From Nitrososphaeria archaeon (GTDB lineage Archaea; Thermoproteota; Nitrososphaeria; JACIWG01): 64,000 nt of DNA. Of this stretch, positions 22,042 through 32,411 are shown piece after piece. The notes under the pieces are model-generated. The model was not told the origin of the DNA. It saw only the letters and a program-made list of their open reading frames with translations, and did not search any database. The translations under genes and the position numbers were made by a program. The DNA is taken from the NCBI GenBank assembly GCA_050011875.1, contig JBEKIG010000002.1, forward strand, positions 96,001 to 160,000. Direction: 5' to 3'. The number at the start of each line of letters is the position of its first letter. Position 1 is the stretch's first letter.

Positions 22042-23223
22042 TTATTTTACGCCTTCGAATGTACGACCAGCTTGAGCAACTAACTTTCGAATTGGAAGTT
22101 TTTGGGGACATTTTGTTTCACACTGTCCACATTGTACACAGTTCTTTGCTCCATTTTGAGCAGAAATGATTTCATTGTACTTCTTGATAACTTCTGCTTG
22201 CATAGCGGAATCCCCACGTTTTCTTCCATGTTCATTAGACAAAGCGAATATTTGAGGAATATTAACACCTTGTGGACATGGCATACAATATCTGCACCCT
22301 GTGCATCCTATAAAGCCGAACTCACGATATTTTTCCCGCACTTTTGCGATAGTTCTAAGATCATCTTGTGTCAACTTTCCTGGTCTCGAACGGCCTGCAC
22401 TTTTGACATTTTCTATTACTTGCCCCATTGTACTCATTCCACTTAGAACAACTGAAACTTCAGGTTGATTCCAAACCCATTGAAGAGCCCATTCTGCTGG
22501 TGTCCTTTTAACTTTAGCGTCATCCCATATCTTTTGAATTTCAGTTGGCGGCTTAAGAGCTAACATACCCCCTGCTATGGGTTCCATAATTACAGCCCCA
22601 AGTCCTTTAGAGGCGATATACTTTAGCCCCTTTGTTCCTGCTTGGAAGTCTGTGTCCATATAGTTGTACTGAATTTGACAGAACGTCCACTTGTTTGTAC
22701 TATCGATTATTTCCTTTAAAACACTAAAATCATCGTGGAAACTGAATCCAAGGTAACGGATCTTTCCCTCTGAAATTGCCTTGTCGATGCATTCGATTAC
22801 ATTTAGGTTTATCATCTTTGGCCAACGTTCTTTATTTAATCCATGCAGTAAATAGAAGTCTATTTTTTCTGTTTCTAATTTTTTTAACTGCTCGTTAAGG
22901 TATTTATCTGTGTCTTCCTTGGAATTTAATAACCAAGTAGGAAGTTTTGTCGCTAATCTTACTTTCTCTCGATAACCATCTTTTAATGCTTTACCGACTA
23001 ATATTTCGCTGTTACCACCATGATATGGATATGCCGTATCAATGTAATTTACTCCATGGTCGATAGCATATCTTATCATTTTTATCGCTTCAGCTTCATC
23101 TATCTTGGAACTATCACCACCTACTGTTGGCAGTCTCATTACGCCAAAACCAAGCGCTGAAACCTTCCAATTAAGTTTACCAAAATTCCTATATTTCATA
23201 TTCATTTCAATGCATACGTGCAC
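22042..23223 (-). CDS. Aldo/keto reductase with C-terminal 4Fe-4S dicluster domain
   Basis: LGFGVMRLP, DTAYPYHGG-SE, GFSFH, QIQYNY; CTGCRYCMPCP and CVQCGQCETKCP. Confidence 0.9.
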   Translation of the reverse strand: MHVCIEMNMKYRNFGKLNWKVSALGFGVMRLPTVGGDSSKIDEAEAIKMIRYAIDHGVNYIDTAYPYHGGNSEILVGKALKDGYREKVRLATKLPTWLLNSKEDTDKYLNEQLKKLETEKIDFYLLHGLNKERWPKMINLNVIECIDKAISEGKIRYLGFSFHDDFSVLKEIIDSTNKWTFCQIQYNYMDTDFQAGTKGLKYIASKGLGAVIMEPIAGGMLALKPPTEIQKIWDDAKVKRTPAEWALQWVWNQPEVSVVLSGMSTMGQVIENVKSAGRSRPGKLTQDDLRTIAKVREKYREFGFIGCTGCRYCMPCPQGVNIPQIFALSNEHGRKRGDSAMQAEVIKKYNEIISAQNGAKNCVQCGQCETKCPQKLPIRKLVAQAGRTFEGVK

Positions 23224-23449
23224 ATTTGGAATGATATATTTGTTTTTATCTTTACAAAATGGCCCAGTTTCTTATGTATTTCCATTGAATAATTTGGATT
23301 GTCTTGAGGAAAAATCACCAGGTTGATGATCGCCGGCTTTATAATATGGTAGATACCTTCCAAGCACGCATCCATGTGTGATAGTTGAAACCTTTTTTTA
23401 GTAAGAAGGCCTAAAAGATCTTTAATTAGAACAAACATTTGACTTCTAA

Positions 23450-23543
23450 TATTATCTCTAGTACTTTTTTGTTATATGGAAAAGTTTTAATGACTATTTT
23501 ATAATACATCAAATGTATTATAATGTCTGAAAAGATTTTTCCA
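23450..23543 (+). repeat. ~93-bp dispersed repeat copy A (promoter + MSEKIFP start)
   Basis: Near-identical to 38238-38332: TATTATCTCTAGTACTTTTTTGTTA...ATGTATTATAATGTCTGAAAAGATTTTTCCA. Confidence 0.85.
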
Positions 23544-23699
23544 AATTGGTATAAATATCTTGCTTATGTTGTTGCCTTTTTTCTCCTTCTTTCTTTATTT
23601 CTCAATGGTGTTATTCTCATTCTCACTCTTATATTCTCTCTTATTCTAACTCTCTTTCTCTTTGGTTATTACATTTTGAGGAGAAAAAGACTTCATTAA
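23523..23699 (+). CDS. 58-aa hydrophobic membrane peptide
   Basis: MSEKIFPNWYKYLAYVVAFFLLLSLFLNGVILILTLIFSLILTLFLFGYYILRRKRLH*; hydrophobic core plus basic tail; TATA-like element upstream. Confidence 0.55.
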   Translation: MSEKIFPNWYKYLAYVVAFFLLLSLFLNGVILILTLIFSLILTLFLFGYYILRRKRLH

Positions 23700-24190
23700 A
23701 TTTTTTAAAGCAATTGATTTTGCAGTATTATCTGTTTAACTAAATCATAAGTGTTAGATAAACTATCTATATCCTATACTCTAATAATGTATTTAGGTGT
23801 TGGCTAAACTAATGATATGAACAAAATCCCAAATATAAAGTTAGAAATAAAGAATTAATCACACTATATTTTTTATTCTATCGCCAACTCTGGCGGAGTG
23901 GTCCAATGGTCGAAGGTGCTAGGGTCGATTTCAAAGGATATGAGACTCCATCTAATCTTAGTAGTTCTATAAGATGGTTTGTCAAGCACAAACTAAAGAA
24001 GAAGATCTTAGAACTCAGTTCAGATTTGAATCACTTGAAAAAGAACCCTGACTTGTACGACTTATTCATTACTACCATTAGTGAGAATACTAAGGAATTA
24101 GATAACCTTAGCAAAAATGCTAAGGAAGAAACAGAACAAACCCCATCTTTCCCTGAAGGCTTTAAGACACAAAGTGTTTCAAAGGCTTCG

Positions 24191-24265
24191 TGGAGGTGGG
24201 GAGGGGATTTGAACCCCTGTAGATCCGCTCTGCAGGCGGATTCGTAACGGCTCCGACACCCCACC
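24191..24265 (-). tRNA. tRNA-Cys (GCA), intronless, encoded CCA
   Basis: Acceptor GGTGGGG/CCCCACC, anticodon arm TCCGC-CTGCAGA-GCGGA, T-arm AGGGG-TTCAAAT-CCCCT, discriminator U. Confidence 0.9.
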
Positions 24266-24541
24266 ATCATTTAAACCCTATTGATTTGAAGTAATGCTAT
24301 ATTAAAATTTTTTCGATTTTAAGGTTAGATCCCTTTGAAATAATAGTAGCGCTATTTTTTTATGGAGTCTGAAAGCGCGTTTATAATGGCGTCTTTTTTT
24401 TCGACATTTTATCCTCTATCTGTCCTTGAAGATTGTTTTCTTTTCTTACTTGTTTTATTTTAGAAAGAAGCCGCAAAGCTTCTCAAAAGGGATTTCTAAC
24501 CCATTTTTAGATCATTTGTTCTAGTTGATAGATGAGTTAAA

Positions 24542-25906
24542 TCACATTTGAGCGTAGTTGTAGAGGAAAGATACCACTGATTTCTCGAACGCTCTAATTC
24601 CTTCAACAGTAAAGTATTCGTTGGGCGCGTGAGCTAAACCTCCGTGACCTAAGCCTCCAAACATCATCTTCATGTTAAAAGGTTCCTTGCAGAACAGATA
24701 CATCGGGGCTGAACCTGGCATCATTGGAAGTATAATCGGTTCGTGTCCAAATTCCCTGAACATCTTAATTGCTGCCTGAGAAATTTTTTCCTTAACTGAC
24801 GTTTTAACCCAGCCATAATTGCATAGTACCCTTACTTCAATATCTCCAAATCCGTGTCTGTTTAGATGCTTCTTGATCTTTTCAACGACCTCTTCGCCTG
24901 TCATGTTTGGTACTAGTCTGACGTCAACTTTCACAAGTATCTTGGATGGTACAATCGTTTTTGTAGCTGGCCCCGTCCAACCGCCAATAGCGCCTGCGAG
25001 GTTTATCGGCGAGGGTTCAAAGATCAGTTCTCTAGCCATCACTTTGATGTTTGTTCCTCTATACTGCCTAACATCGTAGACGCTTGTCATCATTTTAACG
25101 ATACTATCTGCGTTTGAATCAACGTTGTTTAGGTCTTCTTCTGATGGTGGTTCCACGTTTTCATAAAATCCTTCAACAAGGACGCCATCCTCTCCCCTCA
25201 TGCTATTTAAAGCCCAAATCATCCTCCAAATTGGGTTCGGAAGGATCGCAGCCTGGCTTGAATGGACATCTAGGGGGTTTGTTGTGCATTCAAGTTCTAG
25301 ATATACTACTCCCTTGAATCCTAGTGTTAAAACGGGTCGTGCTCCTTTCACCCATTGACTTGGCTGTGCCATGTAGATTGCTTCACATTTTTTAAGTTCA
25401 TCAGAGCATTTTTCAGCAAATTCCGGGATATGTACACTACCCTGCTCTTCTTCCCCTTCAACGCCGACAATAAAGTTAAAGGGTAAATCTCCTGTGACAT
25501 CCTTTATCGATTTTAGAGCGTTAAAGAATCCCATAAGAGGACCTTTGCTATTAATAGCCCCTCTAGCAATAATACGGTCTCCAACAATTTTGGCTTCATG
25601 AGGTGGCGATGTCCACTTGTCAACAGGCTCAATGGGCTGTGTATCGTACATTCCATATGCAAAGAGTGTTCGATTGCTTGTCTTTGACTTGAGTTTTCCA
25701 AAAGATACCGGATATCCACTTGTTGCAATGTTCCTTGCCTCTCCCCCAAGAAGGTTTCTTATATAATTGCAGTTCATTTCTGCAGTTTCTTTCATACCGA
25801 GACCGGTGGAAGATATACTGGGCTGTCTAAGGTACTCCTGAATTCGCTTTACATGTTCGTCGAAATGCTCGTCGATATATTGATATATTCGTTCTATATT
25901 TGACAT
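24542..25906 (-). CDS. M20/M25/M40 family metallopeptidase (ArgE/DapE-like)
   Basis: YGMYDTQP, ARGAINSKG, EGEEEQGS, DVHSS, AHAPNEY. Confidence 0.88.
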   Translation of the reverse strand: MSNIERIYQYIDEHFDEHVKRIQEYLRQPSISSTGLGMKETAEMNCNYIRNLLGGEARNIATSGYPVSFGKLKSKTSNRTLFAYGMYDTQPIEPVDKWTSPPHEAKIVGDRIIARGAINSKGPLMGFFNALKSIKDVTGDLPFNFIVGVEGEEEQGSVHIPEFAEKCSDELKKCEAIYMAQPSQWVKGARPVLTLGFKGVVYLELECTTNPLDVHSSQAAILPNPIWRMIWALNSMRGEDGVLVEGFYENVEPPSEEDLNNVDSNADSIVKMMTSVYDVRQYRGTNIKVMARELIFEPSPINLAGAIGGWTGPATKTIVPSKILVKVDVRLVPNMTGEEVVEKIKKHLNRHGFGDIEVRVLCNYGWVKTSVKEKISQAAIKMFREFGHEPIILPMMPGSAPMYLFCKEPFNMKMMFGGLGHGGLAHAPNEYFTVEGIRAFEKSVVSFLYNYAQM

Positions 25907-25973
25907 TTTTTCTATTATAACTTTTTGGTTTTCATATTTAAACGTTAATAAACGACAAAAAAAGGGGAGAAAG

Positions 25974-26567
25974 CTATCCTTCCCTAGGCTTCGCGATTAT
26001 TTCTTTTATTTTAAGATCCAGAAACTTTCTAGAACATACTGAATCAAGAACAATAGCAGTGTCTGCTCCTTCACTTGTGCCAGCTATAGCTATAATTTCC
26101 TTACCCAGCGGAATCAGTCCTGCGTCTGCAGCCATAAGTGTAATTTCTACACATACTTTCATACCTTGACAGAACCTGTAAAGAGTCTCCCTGACGACTT
26201 CGTTTGTTGAAATTCCGCCCATCTTTCCGGTAAACGCGGAGCTTACATCATCTCCAAGAGCGTGAATACCCGTATGCACCTTTATCTTTTTCTCAAGCAA
26301 CTTTCTTTTTTCTTCAGGAGTCATTGGCCAACCTTCTTCTTTCCATCCTTCACAAATTGATACAGCGACCAAATTAAATACTGGTTCCTTGAAGATTTCT
26401 GCTGTTTTCAAACCGGTTGAACCGTGTGTAGTAGCCACAACTATGTCTGTTATACCAAGCTCTTTGGCGCGATCGTAAGCTAATTTCAGCGTTTCTCCTG
26501 TGTTAACAGAACCTTTTTCTCCATAATATATAACAGTCTTTTTCATTAAAATCACATCAGATACCAA
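25974..26567 (-). CDS. Pyruvate kinase C-terminal-like domain protein (COG1751 type)
   Basis: VVATTHGSTG, QGMKVCVEITLMAADAGLIP, GADTAIV. Confidence 0.85.
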   Translation of the reverse strand: MVSDVILMKKTVIYYGEKGSVNTGETLKLAYDRAKELGITDIVVATTHGSTGLKTAEIFKEPVFNLVAVSICEGWKEEGWPMTPEEKRKLLEKKIKVHTGIHALGDDVSSAFTGKMGGISTNEVVRETLYRFCQGMKVCVEITLMAADAGLIPLGKEIIAIAGTSEGADTAIVLDSVCSRKFLDLKIKEIIAKPREG

Positions 26568-26921
26568 AAAAATAAGACGTTGTTATTATATCTTTTGAAA
26601 ACGTGTAACCCCCTAATTGTTCTTTAAATGTCATAAACATAAATATGTGTTATTAATCAATTACTTTTGTGATCGATGTTTCGTCCATATCTAAAAAGGA
26701 AACATCAAAGATATTAGATATATTATTTATCCAAATAAAGAAAGGATACGTCTAATTTTTAAATATTTAGGGATATTAAATTATGAGCATAAACAGATTG
26801 GCCAAAGTAACAATCAATCAAAATCTACTTTTATGCCATATGATTATTGAAATAAAACTATTTTCATTTTCCCATTTTTTTGTGAAGAAGCCGTGTTTAT
26901 ATAATTCGATCTTATACATGA

Positions 26922-28154
26922 TCAGTATAAAAGTTGCTTTTTCATGTAATCCGCATATTCTTTAAACTTTTCGAACTTGAATTCGACATGGATGAGGTGA
27001 TCTACCGTTGGTATATATCCCCCCATCTCCTTTAATATAGGTACTTTCGAATCGACTTCTTTTCTCATTCTTGCACCACCTTCTGACGCTTCCCTTTTAT
27101 CGATGTTCCCCAGAAGGAAGAGCTTGTTTCCGTACTTCCTCTTCACTTCAATGGCATTCATCTTGGAATTAACTTCCAGCGGCCACATACCATTTATTCC
27201 TGCCTCGATCGTCAGGTCAAAAAGAGGCTCGATGTAGCCATCACTGTCTTCAAGTACCTTCTCTATTTTATTTTTCTTCAAGAAACTTGTGACCCTTTTG
27301 TAGTGTGGTAGAAGATATTTCTTGTATAGCATCGGAGACAGGCATGGCCCATTCTTTTCTGCCATATCCTCCCACCAGTAGACCATATCAATCCTTTCCT
27401 TTAGTGTTTCAACAGCATCTTTCATGGTCTCTACAGTATAGAATTCCCAGTGATCTAGCATGTCCTCTATTAATTGAGGGTCCTTATAGAATGTAGTTAA
27501 GAATCCTGGGATACCCATGAGCTCCGCTCCAAAACCGTAAAAGCCGCTGATGCTGATCGCTGTACATCCTGCCTGATAGTTTTCAAACGCTTGCATGTAG
27601 GCGTCTTTTTCCCAGTCTTTAGGATATCTTAACGGATTATAGGGGTCAAGTCTCTTTTTATACTCCTCCCAACTTTTACGATCTTTAACCGGGAACTCTA
27701 AAAACATAGGCATACTATACCAGATGTACTCGGCTTTCTTGAAGCGTCGGGCAATCGCCCCGGTTTGAGTTAAAACGTCGACGTTTCTATCGGTTTCACC
27801 TAAAACCTTTTGCTTGAACCTGGGTATAGGACCTAAATCTATTGGCACAGTCATTCCTGTAAAGTTATAGCATCCAAAATATGGGTATGGATTCATGCCC
27901 CTTAGTATGGGCCAATTCAGTAAAGATACGCTTCCTGCCCTCACCTCCCAATCTATAACAAGTATCTTATCAGCTGGCAGGCCCTCGCCGAACCATTTGA
28001 TCATTGTCTCATCATAGAATTTCTCGCACCATGGGAGCATATCAGGTTTTTTAAAGTTGATTACCGCTTTGATTCTCTCTCTCGGAGTCATCAAAATTCT
28101 ATTGCGCCTCAAGTTCATAAAATGCATGGGCAATATTAAGGTTTTTAAGGTCAC
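26922..28154 (-). CDS. Uroporphyrinogen decarboxylase/methyltransferase-fold protein
   Basis: MTPRERIKAVINFKKPD start, WEDMAEKNGP, DSDG, GNIDK, GGYIPTVDH. Confidence 0.82.
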   Translation of the reverse strand: MTLKTLILPMHFMNLRRNRILMTPRERIKAVINFKKPDMLPWCEKFYDETMIKWFGEGLPADKILVIDWEVRAGSVSLLNWPILRGMNPYPYFGCYNFTGMTVPIDLGPIPRFKQKVLGETDRNVDVLTQTGAIARRFKKAEYIWYSMPMFLEFPVKDRKSWEEYKKRLDPYNPLRYPKDWEKDAYMQAFENYQAGCTAISISGFYGFGAELMGIPGFLTTFYKDPQLIEDMLDHWEFYTVETMKDAVETLKERIDMVYWWEDMAEKNGPCLSPMLYKKYLLPHYKRVTSFLKKNKIEKVLEDSDGYIEPLFDLTIEAGINGMWPLEVNSKMNAIEVKRKYGNKLFLLGNIDKREASEGGARMRKEVDSKVPILKEMGGYIPTVDHLIHVEFKFEKFKEYADYMKKQLLY

Positions 28155-28268
28155 TTTAGGAACATACTTTTTTTACTTTTAGGCGTTTTTCTACTGTTAG
28201 CAAGTGTAACAAAAGATAAATCAAGGATCAAGGAAACGCTTAGAACTTTATACTAGGCTTTTATGATT

Positions 28269-28793
28269 CTACTTTACGATAGTAAGGCTCTTAACCACCT
28301 TTATGTTTTGCAGCTCAGAAATAACCTCTGATGGAACTTCTCCTTCTATTATCAGTGTTAGCTTTGGTTCCTTATTCAATTCAGGGTCGTCGGCTACCGC
28401 TTGTCTGATGATCAGTTTATTCTTGGCCATAATAGAAGTTACTTCTGATATTATGCCAGGTCTTTCCGCCTGAGATGTTATAATAATGACCGTAAATCCA
28501 AAATAGTGGGCAACATCCTTGAAGAATGTTATAGGAGTTAATTTTGTAAAGATATTAACTAGATTAGGATTAGATAGTATCAAATCAGCGGTTTGTCTTA
28601 CTACCCTACGATCGACATTTAGAGCACGAGATATGGATATGTCTGGGATTTCAATCTCTTCAGAGTAATAGCGCCCATTGCTACCAACTCTGATGCCCGT
28701 CTCCAGCATCTTTCTTAATATGATTGCCTGAGCTTTTCTCCGTCTTGTATTGCTTTCTATCATAGACCAAATTCCTCTTTCGTGAGCCAACAT
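28269..28793 (-). CDS. trpY: TrpY-type ACT-domain regulator of tryptophan genes (COG2150)
   Basis: ISRALNVDRRVV HTH-like motif, PGIISEV...IRQAVADDPEL ACT domain; divergent from trpB2 with TGTACA boxes in between. Confidence 0.8.
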   Translation of the reverse strand: MLAHERGIWSMIESNTRRRKAQAIILRKMLETGIRVGSNGRYYSEEIEIPDISISRALNVDRRVVRQTADLILSNPNLVNIFTKLTPITFFKDVAHYFGFTVIIITSQAERPGIISEVTSIMAKNKLIIRQAVADDPELNKEPKLTLIIEGEVPSEVISELQNIKVVKSLTIVK

Positions 28794-28847
28794 TGATTCA
28801 ATGGACAGATCTGTTTAATAAAAGTCTTTCCGAGACGCTTCATACTA

Positions 28848-28873
28848 TGTACATTTTTGTACATGAATGTATA
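28848..28873. promoter_or_regulatory. Three TRP boxes (TGTACA-N4-TGTACA-N4-TGTATA)
   Basis: TGTACA 28848-28853, TGTACA 28858-28863, TGTATA 28868-28873; matches the known TrpY TGTACA consensus. Confidence 0.8.
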
Positions 28874-28899
28874 TTAATGATTATATTAATGCATATAGC

Positions 28900-30273
28900 A
28901 TGGTCAAAGATCAAGGCAACAAGATAAATCTGCCAGCAGAGGATATACCTAGATCATGGTATAACATTCTTCCGGACCTACCTGAACCGCTTCCACCCCC
29001 ACTTGATCCTGCAACGGGTAAGCCGGCTAATCCTGCTGCGTTGGAAAGAATATTTGCGAAAGAATGTGTGCGCCAAGAGGTTTCAACTGACAGCTTTATA
29101 CCCATCCCTTCTGAAGTTCTTGAGATATATCTGACGTTGGGAAGACCAACCCCTCTCTTCAGAGCGAAGAGACTTGAAAGAATTCTAGGGACGCCGGCTG
29201 AAATATACTTCAAGCGTGAAGACTTAAGTCCGGTTGGAAGCCACAAGCCGAATACCGCTATAGCACAGGCATACTACCTTTCCAAGGAAGGTGTTAAGAA
29301 GGTTACAACCGAGACAGGTGCAGGACAGTGGGGTTCAGCTCTTGCACTTGCAGGATCCTTTTTTAACTTAGAAATAATGGTTTTTATGACGAGGAGCTCA
29401 TATAACACCAAACCTTATCGAAAAATCCTGATGGAACTTTTCGGCGCAAAGGTGTACTCTTCTCCAAGTGATCAGACAAAAATTGGGCGTGAATTTCTAG
29501 GTTTGGATAAGGAACATCCTGGCAGCCTAGGTATTGCGATAAGCGAAGCATTGGAAATCGCCTTGAGTGATGAACATAGAAAATATTCTTTGGGAAGCGT
29601 ACTAAATCACGTTTTACTGCATCAGACCATAATTGGTTTGGAAGCAAAAAAACAGATGGAAATGGTCGACAAACAACCTGACATAATCGTAGGCTGTATT
29701 GGTGGTGGAAGCAATTTTGCTGGCATTTCTTATCCTTTCATACACGATAAGCTCAAGAATAAAAGTGAGACCCAATTCCTTGCGGTTGAACCTAAGGCTG
29801 TGCCGTCGACAACCCGAGGAAGGTACATCTACGATTTTGGTGATTCAGGAGGCATGACACCTATGCTCAAGATGTATACGCTTGGCAACAGATTTCCAAT
29901 TTCGCCAATTCATGCTGCAGGGCTGAGATATCATGGTAAAGCGCCATCTCTATCATTGCTGATAAAAGATAAGGTGGTTAACAGTATTTCTTATGACCAA
30001 AAGGAAATCATGGACGCAGGAGTTCTTTTTGCTAAGGCTGAAGGAATAGTACCTGCGCCGGAAACAAATCATGCAATAAAGGCTGTAATCGATATTGCTT
30101 TAAAGGCAAAGGAAAAAGGAGAGAAAAAGACGATTCTTTTCAATTTCAGTGGGCATGGACTGCTAGATCTCAACGCATATCAAGATATGCTCAATAGAAC
30201 AATAACGGATTATGAACCAACTGATGAGCTCATAAACAAGTCCCTATCCCAGGTTCCAAAAGTTGGTAACTAA
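28900..30273 (+). CDS. trpB2: Tryptophan synthase beta chain 2
   Basis: [23 protein letters not shown] (PLP Lys), [31 protein letters not shown]; ATG 28900 preferred because the upstream ATG 28867 overlaps the operator. Confidence 0.93.
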   Translation: MVKDQGNKINLPAEDIPRSWYNILPDLPEPLPPPLDPATGKPANPAALERIFAKECVRQEVSTDSFIPIPSEVLEIYLTLGRPTPLFRAKRLERILGTPAEIYFKREDLSPVGSHKPNTAIAQAYYLSKEGVKKVTTETGAGQWGSALALAGSFFNLEIMVFMTRSSYNTKPYRKILMELFGAKVYSSPSDQTKIGREFLGLDKEHPGSLGIAISEALEIALSDEHRKYSLGSVLNHVLLHQTIIGLEAKKQMEMVDKQPDIIVGCIGGGSNFAGISYPFIHDKLKNKSETQFLAVEPKAVPSTTRGRYIYDFGDSGGMTPMLKMYTLGNRFPISPIHAAGLRYHGKAPSLSLLIKDKVVNSISYDQKEIMDAGVLFAKAEGIVPAPETNHAIKAVIDIALKAKEKGEKKTILFNFSGHGLLDLNAYQDMLNRTITDYEPTDELINKSLSQVPKVGN

Positions 30274-30820
30274 ATTGAGAAGAATCAACTCTTCCAATAC
30301 AAAGTATGAAAATACCTTTTGCAAACTAGGTTTACATAATGGAGAATCCTACAAATTCGAAAGCTTAGAAGCCATAATTGTAGAAATAAACGAGCTTAAA
30401 GAACACGAGAAAATAGATGAACAATATTGCGAACAGTTAAAAAGTAGAATACAGAAAGACGGTTTTATCAAGAAGGCAATAGCAGTTGATGCTAACACCC
30501 GAATAGTGTTAGACGGACATCATAGGCTGAACGCTTTAAGGAGACTGGGTTGCAAAAGGATACCGGCTATTCTCGTAGACTATAATAGTCCGATGATTCA
30601 GGTGCAAGGATGGAACAAAGATACTGTCAGCAAACAAGCGGTAATAGTGGCGGGAACAACCCCAAATAAACTTCCTCCCAAGACAACCAGACACACAGTA
30701 ATCATCAATGGGTTATCGAGACACATTTCTTATATAGAGAAAAATGTGAACATACCTTTATCGGAGCTAAAGCCTAAAAATTATGATGCAATGCTTTCAA
30801 AATTTGTTGCCAAAAAATAA
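30263..30820 (+). CDS. ParB/Srx-fold protein, compact SerK/SbnI-like serine kinase
   Basis: ELKEHE, VLDGHHR, VDY...W, SKQAV, PPKTTRH, NIPLSEL match the SerK motif order; ORF overlaps the trpB2 stop. Confidence 0.7.
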   Translation: MVTKLRRINSSNTKYENTFCKLGLHNGESYKFESLEAIIVEINELKEHEKIDEQYCEQLKSRIQKDGFIKKAIAVDANTRIVLDGHHRLNALRRLGCKRIPAILVDYNSPMIQVQGWNKDTVSKQAVIVAGTTPNKLPPKTTRHTVIINGLSRHISYIEKNVNIPLSELKPKNYDAMLSKFVAKK

Positions 30821-31332
30821 ACTTCGTAAGTAAATAGTTAACTGTTATTTTTTTAATTTTTAATTATTTATTTTGGATTAATCTGGGGTATAAGTGGTAT
30901 AATAGCTAGCTTTTTTCTATTCCTATTTATCGATACTTTAATAATTATTTTTCTGACAAAGTTAAATTTGATTTGAAAATAAGTATTTTAATTGCGTTAT
31001 TTACTTCATTTATATCTGATATTATATTTGTTATTTCCTTGACACGTGTTTACATATCAAAAACCCCACCATGTAGGCTCTGGACGGGCTGGAGGAGACC
31101 AGAAGTCAGCCTGTTGACGAGCAGAAGAAATCATTAGCCTATCGTCAGGTGGACCACAAACAGTCCTCCGTTACATGCAAGCATATGCAACCAACGACAC
31201 CGCCAAGTCCAGGCGATGATCCTCTCAACGTTCGCCCGCATCTTCATCCCTTGCTTGAGGGCCAGCTGCCATCCTGAAGTTTAACCCTAAATACCTTCCG
31301 TTCGCAATATATCGGGACGCACCTGACCGGAA

Positions 31333-32406
31333 ATGAAAATACTCTTCGGCGTCTGCTCGTGGGGTCTAGGGCACGCCACTCGCACCCTCCCTATAATAAG
31401 GAAGATTATTGAAGATGGCCACGAGGTCACAGTGGTCTCGAGCGGGAGAGCCCTGAGCATGCTGAAACAGGAGCTTGGCCCCGGCCCCAGCTTCGCGCGG
31501 CTGGATGACTACCATCCGCCGGGGACCTTGAACCCGAGTTACCTGACCGTGGGCACGCTGCTCCGTTTCCCGGTCTACGTCACCGCGATGTTACACGAAC
31601 ATGACTTCGTCAGGAGGTTGCTCGCGCGGAGGAAGGTGGACGTGATCTTCTCAGACAATCGCTTCGGCTTTTACTCCCGTGAAATAGCAAGCTTCTTCAT
31701 GACCCATCAGCTCAGGATCTTGAACCCCCTCGGCGTCGGCGTCCTCGAGGACGGGACCGAGATCTACAACAAGTACTTCCTCGACCGATACACCGGCATC
31801 CTAGTGCCCGACTTCGAGGAGGACGGCCTGGCGGGCAGGCTCGACCACGGCCTCTCCATCATTGACGAGAAGCGCCTGAACTACATCGGCGTGCTGTCCG
31901 AATTCAGCTATCATCCCGCCGTCGAGGACGTGGATGTCTTCGTCTCCATCTCCGGCCCCGAGCCTCAGAGGAGCGCCTTCGAGGGCCTGGTCCGCAAGCA
32001 GCTGGACGACTTTGAAGGGAGGGTTGTGGTGTCGCTGGGCAAACCAGAGGACAACGGTCACATGGTACACAACCTCAAAGGCTATCTGGAGAGGGATGAA
32101 AGGGAGGAGCTGCTCAACCGGTCGAAGATCGTCGTCGCCAGGTCCGGCTATTCCACCCTGATGGACCTCTGCTCTCTAAGGAAGAGGGGGTTCCTGATCC
32201 CCACGCCGGGACAGGTGGAGCAGGAGTACTTAGCCAAGTACCACATGGAGAGGAGGAACTTCTACAGCGTCCGAGAGAGGGAGCTGGACTTCAAGGCGCA
32301 GCTGGAGGAGGCCCTCTCATTCCGCTCACCTAAGCTGAAGTATCCGACTGACAGGGCTGTGGAGAAGGCCGTCGACGTCATCACCGGGACGGCCCGAAGC
32401 GCCTGA
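31333..32406 (+). CDS. GT-B glycosyltransferase (GT28-like, MJ1255 type)
   Basis: WGLGHATR, SDNRFG, SGPEPQR, RSGYSTLMDL, IPTPGQVEQEYLA. Confidence 0.88.
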   Translation: MKILFGVCSWGLGHATRTLPIIRKIIEDGHEVTVVSSGRALSMLKQELGPGPSFARLDDYHPPGTLNPSYLTVGTLLRFPVYVTAMLHEHDFVRRLLARRKVDVIFSDNRFGFYSREIASFFMTHQLRILNPLGVGVLEDGTEIYNKYFLDRYTGILVPDFEEDGLAGRLDHGLSIIDEKRLNYIGVLSEFSYHPAVEDVDVFVSISGPEPQRSAFEGLVRKQLDDFEGRVVVSLGKPEDNGHMVHNLKGYLERDEREELLNRSKIVVARSGYSTLMDLCSLRKRGFLIPTPGQVEQEYLAKYHMERRNFYSVRERELDFKAQLEEALSFRSPKLKYPTDRAVEKAVDVITGTARSA

Positions 32407-32411
32407 TCTCC

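Noticed and set aside
23893-23920. GGCGGAGTGGTCCAATGGTCGAAGG as a tRNA 5' half
   Set aside because: Too short, with no anticodon or T-arm and no matching acceptor strand visible.
23906-24270. ORFs 23906..24247 (+) and 24031..24270 (-)
   Set aside because: Both run into the tRNA-Cys gene and have no recognisable motifs; at most a decayed fragment.
30263-30820. Chromosome-partition ParB
   Set aside because: No HTH or dimerisation domain and no parA nearby; the PKTTRH tail indicates the SerK-like branch.
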